A stretch of 64,000 bases of DNA from Vicugna vicugna (lineage: Eukaryota), in NCBI GenBank assembly GCA_013265495.1, contig MU058540.1, forward strand, positions 1,513,696 to 1,577,695, given 5' to 3'. A program made the position numbers and the translations under genes. Of the stretch, positions 52,733 through 64,000 are shown piece after piece; the first letter of the stretch is position 1; each line of letters opens with the position of its first letter. Below the pieces are notes generated by a model. It saw nothing but the letters and a program-made list of their open reading frames with translations, did no database searches and was not told where the DNA came from.

Positions 52733-55700
52733 ATCTAGGCTAACTTTCCACCAAAGCAGAATTCCTCTTTTCTCACTTGAAAAGCAAGCCATCTACCCTT
52801 TATTTTATTTGTTTGTTTGTTTCTCCTAGTAACAAATAGAATTACTGCTTGGCAGCCTCTTTTTAGATTCCACTGATTTTTGGTTTCTTATGTTTGGTTG
52901 GCATCTGTCTTCCTAAATGTTCCATCTGTTGGTCAGAGTTCTGCCTTCAGAGCTTTATAGAATAAGTCTAACTCTTCTCTCACATGATGGACTCAGTTCT
53001 TATGTTTTCCCCTTGTCTTCCAAATCTCAGTAGGCCTACGTTGTCCTTTTGTTCTAGTTTTGGTGTATTTCTAGAGCCTATACCATCGTTGCTACAGAAA
53101 GCTGTAGCTCCGGTGTGTGTAACTTAGGTATCTGTCAACATTGGACAAGAGTGCAGCTGGGCTGTAATCTAAGCACTGGGAGGTGATGGTTTTGAATAGT
53201 TCAAGGGGACAAAGACCATAGAAATGTTTCTAGATGGTTTTCTGCTGCTTGTAGTTTGTGTTAGTGTATGTCTGTAAAATGCATAAATACTGGGGGTCTC
53301 CAGATGTAAAGGGTATAGGGATCTTTTTTTTTTCCCCCTTAGAACTAGTGACCACAGCAAGGAAAAAAATCAAAGTGGGTCTCAGGATGAGCAGGAATGG
53401 AGAGTTTGTGCAAAGACTTTGGGGGAAAATTGGGGTATTTCACCTCAGTCCCCTTCCTTAGTCCAGGTTCATAGTAATAGGATTCTGGGTACTCTTGAGG
53501 TGTTGTGAGCACCCATGGTGTGATTTAAAAGATGTGAAAGAGAAGGATTCCAGGTGGTCGGGAGTCTGTGCCTGCCCTGGAATCCCTCCCTTTCTTGTGG
53601 GTCCATGAATCCAACACTTAGTGACTTCTTGCCCTGATAGTTATCAGGCTCAAAGGGAAAACAGTAGTAAGAGCTCACTGAGATGGCCTGTGTTCAATCA
53701 TTGAGAGATGTGTTCACCACAGGCACAAACTCAAGAGTATTATAATTCCCAGACTATGTCTGGCAAGACTGAAACATAAATAAGATGCTTCCTACACTGT
53801 GAGTATGAACTGCAGAGACATGGTGGGGCCATTTTTAACATAGGCAGGCAGTTTGCCTGGTAGTGATGAAGACCATGCCTTTCCCAAGGCAGCTTTGTGG
53901 TAGCTGCTTTGGTTCTGGTGAAAAACCAGAGAAGACTTTTCCCCCTTGCTGGATAGTGTAGAATTTTACAGTTCTTCAGGCCCTAATGAGAGGCTTTTTA
54001 CAGATTATCGTGGTTATTGGGAGACAACTTGGATGTAAAAGAGACAGCAGTTATTTGCTTCAGAGTAAAAGAGTTTTTTGGGATTGGAATTTTAATAGGA
54101 ATAAGCTGACCTTCTTGGCACTTACTGTTTTGCTGATCTTGAGAGGTAGAACCCTGAGAAGCCTCTAAAACTTCTTGGAGTTGCAGCTCTGCCCCTGGAT
54201 ATCTCTGCAGGAGGCTCCTGTGAGTCTTCATTGCTGTAGCTGTCTTTTCTTTTAATGAGAAAGTGAAGTGAACAGCTCTGAGTATTTTCAAGCCATAGCT
54301 TAATAGGAAATGGGCACATGAATGGCCTGAATGGTTTGTTTGGCACAGGGAACCCCAAGGATTTACTTCCTGCCTAGCATTTCTCCTTCCCTCCAGACTT
54401 TCGGGTTGACAGGAATCCGTCCATTGGGCCCAGTTGGGTCACAGATGGCCATTGCTAACCCATTGTGTTTTGTGGCCGGGGAAGCCTGTCTGCACTTTCT
54501 CAGCAGCTGCTCGCTTTGAGCTGTGTTAGAGCTCAGTGCTGCTTCCTCTGTTTATCTGTGTGCATTTATCTTTGCATGTGGCTCCTGCTACCACCCTTTC
54601 TGTCCTTGTTTCATTTACAATTTTTCCTTTGCTATCATTCTGGCCTCTTGTGGCCTTGTTCCCAGTTGCTCTGGCTCTTTTTCTGATACACTTGATGTAG
54701 CTGGAAAAAATGATGCAGTCAAATGCCAGATCAAAAGCAGATGGAATTGCATGCATGTTTGTAACTCCTAGTCTGTTACTTTTAATGTCATTAATAGAAT
54801 TAAAGGAATTGGGGAAACATTTAATTTTTACCTTTTGACCACTGAAAGGTGCACAATATTGACCTGAAGGACACACATCCTCAGAAACTTTGTTTTCCCA
54901 GAGTGGCAGAAGCCTCCTGGATAAATTCAGGAATCTCAAAATCTTGTGGGAGAATCATCCTTTTCGATAGTGCCTCTAAAAAAAGAGAGAGATCATGGAA
55001 ATTACTTTATTCCTTCTCTAGTTACACTTTGTCAGTAGTAGTAAAAGGGCAGAATTAACATTTTGCTTCTGATTGAAAAAGCACAAATTTCTGTTTTATC
55101 ACAGGTGCTACCTTTAATTTGAAACAAAATTGGCGTTAGAGGACCATGAGTTTGTGAATTTGAATTAATGGCATTGTTACAATTTTGAATATTTTGCACC
55201 TCTCACACAAATGAAACATTCCAACTTTCTGGTGTCTGATTGTATCTTTCTTACCTAAGAAACACTTCCCTGCATAGCTGTAGATGCTGCATGGGTTGAT
55301 TGGTACGGGCTCCTGGAGTAGGCTCAGGGCAGCATCAGGGTCCCGTGTTCCTGTGACTGAGCTCAAGTGCTTCTGTCCCCTGGAAATGGCTGTTAGCTGA
55401 TGTGTTGAGAGTGATTTTTGATGCTCTGCTGTTAACTTTCATTGTTGGCTGATTGATTTGCATGCAAGAAGCTACGCAGATGACAATCTCTTTCAAAAAA
55501 GCTTGTGTGTGAGGCAGTGGATGGTCAACAAATCCAGAATCAGAACCACAGGGTTGGCTGAATAGAAATTGTAAAACCAGTTGAAGTTTAAAATGAATCA
55601 ATGGCAGTGATGTTATGGGCATCTATTGTGCCAGGGCTTCCACCTGAGGCCTGCCATGTTCCCTGGTCAGCTCTCCTTGTGGTCTGGAGACACTGCTTCA

Positions 55701-55955
55701 CGGCACAGAGGAGACTGCGAATGCTGAGGAGATGACTGCTCCCCTCTTGTGGTACCTGGGGCAAGATGAGGGTAATTGGGGCAGTCGGGCTTGTTTGCAG
55801 GAGAATCTGACTGGATTCTGACTTAGTTCTATTAGTCCCCAAGTATTGCTGCTATTTTTCTCATTTAAATTTCAATGGTTTTACGTGTGATTGTCCCAGT
55901 CATCCACCTGTCTGCCAGTCACCTTTCTGATGTCACCCGCCTGTTAACTCTTTAG

Positions 55956-56252
55956 AACAATGACAACGAGACGGCCCTGCATTGTGCAGCGCAGTACGGC
56001 CACACGGAGGTGGTAAAGGTCCTCTTAGAGGAGCTCACTGACCCCACCATGCGCAACAACAAATTCGAGACACCTCTGGACCTGGCCGCGCTCTACGGGC
56101 GACTGGAGGTGGTGAAGATGCTCCTCAACGCGCACCCCAACCTCTTGAGCTGCAACACTAAGAAGCACACCCCTCTGCACTTGGCAGCGAGGAACGGCCA
56201 CAGAGCCGTGGTCCAGGTCCTCCTGGATGCCGGCATGGATAGCAACTACCAG
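55956..56252 (+). CDS. ANKS1A: ANKS1A exon 4 (297 nt): [48 protein letters not shown]...GMDSNYQ, three ankyrin repeats
   Basis: Acceptor ctctttag, donor CAG|gtagcg. TALH, TPLD and TPLH motifs; CpG/GC3-rich coding bias. Confidence 0.97.
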
Positions 56253-57019
56253 GTAGCGGGGCAGATGTACCAGCCAGGCCCAAGGGGCTCAGTCATTGTG
56301 GAAAAGGCACAAGTGCCATGCAGCTGGGCTGTGTGCCTGTTTAGCACGTCGGCGCACGTCACGTGTCAGATGCTTCCATTCGCTGACTCATTGTAGTGTG
56401 AGACTTTAGAGATAAAGGACCTCCTCAAGTGAGTCTGTTATTTTTTGTTTCTTTTCAAGGGTCGGACATGGTCATTATACCTTGAAAAGATGTGCTGATG
56501 GACTCTCTTGAGATTAGAATACTTTCATTCTCTTCCTTTAGGTGTGTTCTCACTCTGCCGTTAGCACCTCCAGAGCCCCATCAGCTTGAGATTGCCAACA
56601 GGGGACTTAGCAGTTCCCTGTGTTGGTAGCTTTCTCTGTTCTGGTTGGTGGCCATTCCTTAGGCTTTGCATCTACTAAACCACAATTGAAGTTAAGGTGT
56701 CTTTCCTTGTGTTTTTCTTCTCATCATTCCTTCCACTGAGGAAGGTGGAATTTGAGGAGTGTCACCAATAGGTGGCTCCAAGAGTAACTGTGCAGTTATT
56801 CCTGGTGACAAATCAAACACCCCTGACCAAGTACGGGCCACAATTGTGGTTTTGGAATCCAGACAAGAAAAGTGGGAGAGAAAATGACAGAGGATTTTCT
56901 GTGGTTTATTTTATTTTCCTGTCCCTTCTTGTCTCTGTCCCGTTTGTCGTGTGGAACTGTGCCAAACTGGGGTCACTGTTCTGATGACATCCTGCTCTGC
57001 GCTCTCGTTTGCTTTCCAG

Positions 57020-57095
57020 ACGGAGAAGGGCAGTGCTTTGCATGAGGCTGCTTTGTTTGGCAAGACCGATGTGGTGCAAATCCTGCTGGCTGCAG
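57020..57095 (+). CDS. ANKS1A: ANKS1A exon 5 (76 nt): [25 protein letters not shown](G)
   Basis: Acceptor tttgctttccag, donor CAG|gtgaga; ankyrin repeat. Confidence 0.96.
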
Positions 57096-57381
57096 GTGAG
57101 AGGTTGGCAGCGCTCTTGTCTACACAGCATGCCAGGGTTGGGATCCTTCCCCCAACTAGGATCTCTGGAGGGGGATTTTTGCTGTCTGCACTTGAACTCA
57201 ATATGTGTATGTCTCTACTGGTTGGTTGCAAATGTACAAATTGTTGAATAGCTGGATAAAAATGCTTTCAATGAAAATGTTGATTCTGTTGCTGGGAGCA
57301 AGAGGTGTCCTGGAATTTGACCCTCTTTGAGGCCAGCTTGAAAATGCTTACTCACCTGGTCCACCTGGTGTGCCTTTCTAG

Positions 57382-57483
57382 GGATTGACGTCAACATAAA
57401 AGATAACCGTGGACTGACTGCCCTAGACACTGTCCGGGAACTGCCTTCTCAGAAGAGCCAACAGATAGCAGCACTTATTGAAG
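57382..57483 (+). CDS. ANKS1A: ANKS1A exon 6 (102 nt): (G)[33 protein letters not shown](D)
   Basis: Acceptor tgcctttctag, donor AAG|gtatca; phase 1-1, in frame. Confidence 0.96.
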
Positions 57484-57579
57484 GTATCAGTCCCTCTCTC
57501 TGCCAGGGCAACCAGGGGACAAGCTGGTTGACCCAAGGCATTTGTATTTGGTGCAGCTTTTTTTTGTCTTTCCATGTAG

Positions 57580-57681
57580 ATCACATGACTGGAAAAAGAA
57601 GTGTAAAAGAGGTAGATAAAACCCCCACACTCCAGCCATCTCTCATCTCCAATATGGACTGCATATCACAGAAGTCTCAGG
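57580..57681 (+). CDS. ANKS1A: ANKS1A exon 7 (102 nt): (D)[33 protein letters not shown](G)
   Basis: Acceptor tttgtctttccatgtag after a 96-nt intron, donor AGG|gtaggt. Confidence 0.95.
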
Positions 57682-59001
57682 GTAGGTCAACTCTTCTCTG
57701 CCAGCAAAGGGGCTCTCAGCTTAAGGAATTGAACCTTCTTTGGCAGAATGGAAAATCTTAATTTAAGTAATGATTTCAGGGGGCTGGGAGTACTTGAGTT
57801 TATATTCAAATTCATTTTTTTCCAACTACTATATGCAGTTTTATTGGGCATGGCTAACGCCTTGACTGTGGACCTTTTCTTTCCTACTTTATTTTATTCT
57901 CTACTTTTAGAGTTAGTTCTCTGATCTGTTCTGGGGTGTGTTCTAGATGGGATGATTGCAAGATGAATTCAAATCTCAGTGAATCCTTTTTTCCTAACAC
58001 ACACTTTAATGCTTTCAACATAGTTGGCCCACAGTGAATATTTGAGTGTCATCTGGCTGGTAGCTGTGTATATGGCAGCAAATGTGATCTGGGTGCTAGC
58101 TTGGGCAGTCCAACCTCTCCATCATTAGCCAGGATCCACCTTTTCAGGTTGATTGAGCAGCCTTTTGGATCCTAGGTATGATGAATGAGAAGGACAAAAC
58201 ACTGACTGACACCTCCCCCAGATAAAAATCATGGTGAGGAAGGCTAGAAAAACAGAGCAAAGCCAGACACTAAAAAGGAAAGGGATTTTTCAGAGGAAGG
58301 CAGAGATGTAAGGGTTAAGGGGTTCTCAACTTGCCTTTACTGTGGAGTCCTTGTCTCTCTCCCCAGTCACACTTTTTTTTCTTGACCTTATAATCTACTA
58401 GTAATGGGATTAGTAGTTCACTAAGCTTTTAGCTTTCAAGGATTTTATAGTTACAGTTTTGACTATTTGCAAGTGACCCAGAGATCTCTGTCTATAACAG
58501 TTGGTTACTTCGCAGAGTCACAGATTTGGATCCCGAGAACTCTGAGGCTTGTAGTTACCCAGTGAGTGAGTCTAACAGCAGCACAGCACTTCCATCTCAG
58601 AAAGGCTTTGCATTCTTATTTCGCTTGAGCACATGGAGGTTCTTATTAAGAATTTAAAGGATAACTGAAGTTTTTGAGCTATACTTTGCTCCATTTTGTG
58701 GTTTAAGTTTATGCTATCATGGTATTGAGGTATTTTGAAATTTATGGAGGTCTTGGGAGGTATCCTTCATAGATGTCAGAGATTTTGCGTATTGAATTAG
58801 AGAAAAATCTGTGCAGGTCTTGGGACGTGAAGAGCAGATGGCACTCTCTGTGTTTATTCCTGTTCATGGAGCAAAGCTGTCATTTATTTTCCTGCTCTGG
58901 GTTAGCACTGGTCAAATTCAGGCTTTGGGTCGTTGCAGCAGTGGGAAATCCGAGCTGTGCTCTCCTCTCACCAACTCTCTTGCCTTCTAACCCCTCTTCA
59001 G

Positions 59002-59198
59002 GTGACGTGGAGAAGGCAGTGACTGAATTGGTCATCGATTTTGACACAAACACGGAGGAGGAGGGGCCCTACGAGGCACTGTACAACGCTGTCTCCTGCC
59101 ATTCATTGGACAGCACAGCCAGCGGGCGCTCGTCTGACCGAGACTCTGTGAACAGGGAGGCCGAGGCGGCTGGAGCGAAGGCCGCTGGAGTGAGGCCT
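59002..59198 (+). CDS. ANKS1A: ANKS1A exon 8 (197 nt): (G)[65 protein letters not shown]
   Basis: Branch-like ctaac plus cccctcttcag acceptor, donor CCT|gtatgt. Within ORF 58773..59288. Confidence 0.95.
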
Positions 59199-61669
59199 GT
59201 ATGTGGCTGCGCCCCGCACGGGGATTCTGCTGTCAGCCTGGGCTCCCGTGGGGAGCTGGGGAGAGGAAGTGGGACCGCCCTGTGCTAGCTGCATTTCAGA
59301 GGCCTGGGTCCTGCTCCCCCTCTTCTCCCGGGGGCTCTCTACATCTCCTTTTTGCTTAATGTGATTAAACCATACAAATCATGTTGAGGTAGAATTTTAG
59401 TTTTTCCAGTTTCAGTATAACCCATTTGTATCTTTCTATTACTTTTTTGGCCTTAGAGCAATTTAACACATTTTATTTCTGTTTAGTCTTTGTACTGCTT
59501 CTGTCTTTGGGGTCTTTGCTATATAGTCTCTGTTTCTTTCTGGAGAGCAGTTCTGATGACGAAAGGCTGGCTGAAATAAGTTCCTGTCTGCCCTGAGTAC
59601 ATGCTCACCTTCCATTTGCCCTGGAAGGATTACCGTTTGGATTTGGACAGGTTCTGTATTCAGCAGGGTGGTAGCAAGGTTTCATCTGACATTGATTAGT
59701 ATGGGGCCATTCCTGTTTTTCCCAATTATAACCCTCTAGCCATTGAAATAGTAGGTTGTGGACAACCCTGCATTTTTCCCTCTAAAGGTCATCCTTCCCA
59801 TCTGACTGCTTCTTTCTCTAATACTTGCTTCTGCTTCCAGCCTTGTACATTGTCCTCCAGAATCACTTTCTCCCCTGGTGTTTTAATTTGCACCTAAGCC
59901 TGAATCAATTGTCCTGTGGCCCTTCCTTTCTGCATTGTCAGGCACAGTGATTGGAGGTTTTGAACACTGCACTCTTAATAAACAGGCCACTGGTCTAAGA
60001 GGATCTAGTGATAATTCCACCTTGAGCATATTTTTAGGTGTCTATCTCTTCTTCCTGTTAGATGTAAGAGGCCGGCCCTTCCCTTTTCTTGCTAATCTGG
60101 CATATGATCATTTTGATGATATTTTGGCTGCAGGGTGATCCTTGGGCTTTTCATAAGTGCCCTGGGAATGGCCTGATGTTTTTTGGTGTTCTTTTCTGTT
60201 AGACTCCTTGCCCTGTCCTTGGAATAGTCCCAGCATTTCCGTATGGATTTTGGAAAGGCCTGCTAATCTTGTGGGAGCCCCCCAGAGTGAGTGTTCTCAA
60301 GGATGATGATTAACTCCTTGTCTGTGGTGAAAGCAAGTGCGTATGCTGAGCATCAGTCACCTAGTGCTTCTGCAGACAAAGCTAGTTTCTCCCCCCGCCA
60401 CTTCTTTCACTGTTAGGAACAAATGAATTAGGCAAATCCAGCTGAGGAGGAAGGCTTTGCTTTAAGAGGCACTTACAGGTGATACCCATTAGAGGGAGCT
60501 GGAGACTTTGCGAGAAGAACACAAGGTTACTGAAGTAGGCTTTGAATGACCAAGTTCCTGTGAGGTTAGCCACTGATTTACACAGTCTTCATTCATCCCA
60601 CTCTAGGAATCTAGCCTCCTATGGTCCTGCTAAGTGGAAACTGATGCATCTCGGGATGCATGCTTTGCCATTTTCACTTGAGTATGTTGTGGCTGTGCTG
60701 CCTTCCTGGCCCTTAGTAATTAAGTGTGGCCAGGGACTGCTCTACATCTTGTAAACACAGCGGATGGTATGGTTAAGTCAGCTTTGTACTTCCAGGCCCC
60801 TGGGCCAAAGTTTTCATGATAGAAAAGAGACCCATGATTCTTTTTCCTCCCAGAGTCTCTGGTGATCACTCGTCCACAAAAAGCTTTCATATTATTCTTT
60901 CTAGGCTCCTTTAGCCTTGGGAAGGCTTCTAGGACAGGCCATTTTTGTTGTTGTCGTGCTTGATTTTATTTTTCCTCAGCTACTTGAGAGCCATGGTTGG
61001 ATAACTGGTGAGATTATGGGTCTGCTCTGTTGGCTGTTGTCCTCCTTACAAGGTGGCCCTGGTACCAGGCTTGTTTCTGCACTTCTGGAGCACCGAAGGG
61101 TGGGGAAAGCAGACTTAGTGGGAAATCTGATCTAAATTTTAGCTCTGTTTGGCTTGACCGTACAAGCTTGTTTTGCAGCCATTGCCATTGGGATCCATCT
61201 GGTTGCCGGGACTATGGAAATGATCAGTTTATCAAGATATAATCCGGAGCAGTGAAGTATGTTTTAACAGAGAGATCAGGGATGCCACATGCTGGCTAAC
61301 CCTGGCAGCTCCTAAAACATGAGAAGTGTCTTTCCTTACAGATTTCTCTGCGGCTCTCACATAATTCAACTTTCACCTCTACCCTGACTTTTGAAAATGC
61401 TCTTATTCTAGCAACACAGCAAACTAACCCACTAGTCAGGGAATGAGCCTGAAGGCCAACTCCTGTCTCAGGTTTGCACTCCCTTCCCTGTAGGAACATT
61501 GACTGTCAGGCATGAATAGGACTTTGGAGTGTAAACAATACTGAAAATACTGCAGGGACCATGGCAAACCTCTCTTCAGCTTTCTTGCACCAAAGATAAT
61601 TCTGTGTGTTCCTGAAACTGTCTACGTATGATCTAAATAATCCCCTCCTCAGTGAGTTTCTTGCTCTAG

Positions 61670-61859
61670 GGCCGGGGGTGGTGAACTCAGGCCCACAAAC
61701 AGCTGCCTGTTTTTGTGAATAAAGTTGTATTTGGAACACAGCTACGCCCACTTATTTACGTATTTTCTTTGGCTACTTTTATGCTACAGTGGCAGAGCTG
61801 ACTGCAAAGCTTAAAATATTTATTGTATAGCCCTTTAAGAAAAAGCTTGCCAACCCCTG
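61670..61859 (+). mobile_element. MER58A-like hAT-Charlie MITE
   Basis: gctgcctgtttttgtgaataaagttgtatttggaacacagc..aaaatatttattgtatagccctttaagaaaaagcttgccaacccctg. Confidence 0.8.
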
Positions 61860-62506
61860 CTAGGACAGTTAACAGACAAATATTCCTTTTTTAAATGGGC
61901 TGAAATGAAATAGGGTTTTCATATGCTAATGATACATAGTAGTAATCGTGACCAAGGACAAGAGACCAGTTCTGAGCTTGCTAGTAAATAGGGATAGCAG
62001 TAAAGTTTGAGCAGGAATTGATGTTTTTGTCTTTGCTTTCTTCATTACTTCCTTAATAACTTAGGTTTGCTAGAACTCTTTGACAAGTTGATTCTTCTGA
62101 TTTATCGTTTCCTCTTTTTAGAGTAGACTGGAAATTGAGCCACTGGTTTTCCTACACTAGAGTTTATGTATCAGTATCATGAAGGACATTGTCTGACAAG
62201 GCAGTTGTGCATTTTCAGCACTGGTATTTCTCACTGTGGTCGAGGATATGACAGATATATCTCTGCTGTAGAATAATCTCTGCTACAGACATCAAAAAAC
62301 AAAGAGCAGTGCTAATTGGTGTGTGTGTGTGCATGTGCGCACAGCATTCTCTGTCTGTTTCAATACTAAACCCTGAGTTTAGTCTCAGGGAAGCTGTTTA
62401 CATTATCCTTCTTTATTTCCAAAGGCTAAGATAAGAGTAAACCGAAAAGTTAGACTCTTAAAGAAAAAAAAAAGATAGTAAAATACTTATTCCTTCTCTT
62501 CCACAG

Positions 62507-62599
62507 AAGGAACGTCCACCACCTCCAGCAAAACCACCACCCGATGAAGAGGAGGAAGACCACATAGATAAGAAGTATTTTCCTTCGGCAGCTTCTGAG
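62507..62599 (+). CDS. ANKS1A: ANKS1A exon 9 (93 nt): [31 protein letters not shown]
   Basis: Acceptor ttccttctcttccacag, donor GAG|gtagag; proline-rich/acidic segment matching recalled Odin. Confidence 0.95.
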
Positions 62600-62820
62600 G
62601 TAGAGGGCTAAGGGTTTATTCTCATCAATGCAATAGGATTTTCTGGAAAGTGCATCAAGTGTGTACTATAAGAAGACTTTACTTTCTCATTTTCTTATCG
62701 CCTCTTTGGATTAGTATATTTGTATTATGTATATCAGTAATCCAGAACAGGTCCTTTCAATCTCACTCAAAAGTACTAAGCAAAGAATTTTACTAGGGCT
62801 CTTTAGCAGACAGGCCAATT

Positions 62821-63349
62821 GTTGTTATTATTATTCTGCAAGTATAGTGGTTTACAGTGTTGTATTAGTTTCTGGTGTACAGCATAGTGATTCAGTTTTA
62901 ACATATATGTATATATTCTTTTTCATATTATTTTTCATTATAGGTTATTACAAGATATGAATACAGTTCCTTGTACAGTAGGACCTTATTGTTTATCTAT
63001 TTTATATATAGTAGTTTGTATCTTCTAATCCTAAACTCCTAATTTATTCCTCCTCCCCTTCCCCTTTGGTAACTGTAAGTTTGTTTTTTATGTCTGTGAG
63101 TCTGCTTCTTTTTTGTAAATAAGTTCATTTGTATCATTTTTTAAGATTCCACATATAAGTGGTATCGTGTGATATTTGTCTTTCTTTGACTTACTTCACT
63201 TGTATGATAATCTCTAGGTCCATCCATGTTACTGCAAATGGCATTATTTCATTCTTGTTTATGGCTGAATAGTATTCCATTGTATATACATACCACTATA
63301 TCTTTATCCAATCATCTGTTGATGGACATTTAGATTGCTTCCATGTCTT
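62821..63349 (-). mobile_element. 5'-truncated LINE-1 3' end with perfect 15-bp TSD
   Basis: TSD gcagacaggccaatt at 62806-62820 and 63350-63364; sequence paralogous to 1437-1890. Confidence 0.9.
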
Positions 63350-63565
63350 GCAGACAGGCCAATTATTAATCTGCCTTACCACATGGAAAGTAAAACATGC
63401 ATGTTTTCTCCTGACTCCATTAGGCTAAATAGTCTCACTTTTTGCTTTTGTACCTGTGTTGTCTTTTGATACAAGATGTAGAGTGTTCCCCTAATTAGTG
63501 AGCTTTGGTTCTGCCCCAAATGCATTATTTCCATTTTTGCATTTTCCTTCTTCATTCACATGAAG

Positions 63566-63634
63566 AATCTTCATCAGGAAAAACGTGGAAAACGTTATGA
63601 AGACTCAACTAGAAGAGAAATAGAAGTCATGGGG
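63566..63634 (+). CDS. ANKS1A: Candidate in-frame cassette exon (69 nt): NLHQEKRGKRYEDSTRREIEVMG
   Basis: About 60-nt AG-free pyrimidine-rich stretch ending in aag; 23 sense codons, phase 0-0; purine-rich; donor GGG|gtaggg (weak). Confidence 0.4.
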
Positions 63635-64000
63635 GTAGGGGGAATCAAAGAAGGTTATTTGAAAAGAACAGTTCACCTTTTGAAAAAAAGATGTTATCAT
63701 GGGACAAATAGTTCAACCTTCTCACTTAGGTGTATGAAGAAAATCATGTTTTCCTTAACCATTAGTCTTCAAAATGCTCCTTTAACACTTCCTGCCATTC
63801 AGAGACTATGTTTATTGAGTATTTATTGAAAATATTGTATAATTTCAGTAGTTACTTTGTAGCTCATCTAATGCCCTGTTACTCTTTAATTTGAAAATTA
63901 GCTAACATCAACTAGTCAATTAAGTCTCCTTAATTTATCCTTAGAAGTTGGAGTTAAGTTTTTTTTTATAGTACTGCCACAGACCATCCAGTGAGATAGA

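Larger units (their letters stand above)
1..64000 (+). other. ANKS1A: Internal part of the ANKS1A (Odin) transcription unit: 3' part of intron 1 through intron 9
   Basis: Eight exons with canonical splice sites join in frame (1105 nt) to [58 protein letters not shown]...[31 protein letters not shown], matching recalled ANKS1A. Exon 1 and the SAM/PTB exons lie outside the window; that the whole 5' part is intron 1 is inferred. Confidence 0.93.

Noticed and set aside
58773..59288. 171-aa ORF (and 46621..46953, 56010..56396, 56951..57247, 57528..57761) as stand-alone genes
   Set aside because: Each is an ANKS1A exon with read-through into intron; splice sites delimit the real coding part.
59553..59564. 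CTGATGA-C-GAAA resembling a hammerhead ribozyme core
   Set aside because: Only 1 nt lies between the motifs, so there is no stem II, and I found no convincing stems I and III.
44778..62599. Paralogue ANKS1B (AIDA-1/EB-1) as the gene identity
   Set aside because: The linker sequences ([35 protein letters not shown]) and compact exon 4-9 spacing match ANKS1A as recalled.
1..64000. CRISPR array, operon, intact viral insertion or other novel multi-gene system
   Set aside because: No regularly spaced repeats, intact long ORFs or non-mammalian composition. One spliced gene plus known repeat classes explain nearly all recognisable structure.

Overview
Mammalian genomic DNA, probably camelid (alpaca, llama or camel), inferred from three tRNA-derived Vic-1-type SINEs. 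The window lies inside the + strand gene ANKS1A (Odin; ankyrin repeat, SAM and PTB protein). About 44.8 kb of repeat-rich intron 1 is followed by eight GT-AG coding exons matching human exons 2-9 as I recall them (81, 157, 297, 76, 102, 102, 197 and 93 nt). They splice in frame to the ankyrin repeats and the start of the acidic/proline-rich linker. A clear 63-nt in-frame cassette exon sits between exons 3 and 4, and a candidate 69-nt in-frame exon follows exon 9. The rest is interspersed repeats (L1, MIR, L2, L3, Vic-1 SINE, hAT and Tigger MITEs, a solo LTR), many nested and with intact target-site duplications, plus a 578-N gap. Other oddities: a tailless tRNA-Gly(TCC) half retrocopy, an inverted pair of young L1 3'UTRs flanking exons 2-3a, an internal L1 inversion and a perfect 15-bp hairpin. 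I see no evidence for a new multi-gene biological system. Repeat family names and human protein comparisons come from memory, not a database search.
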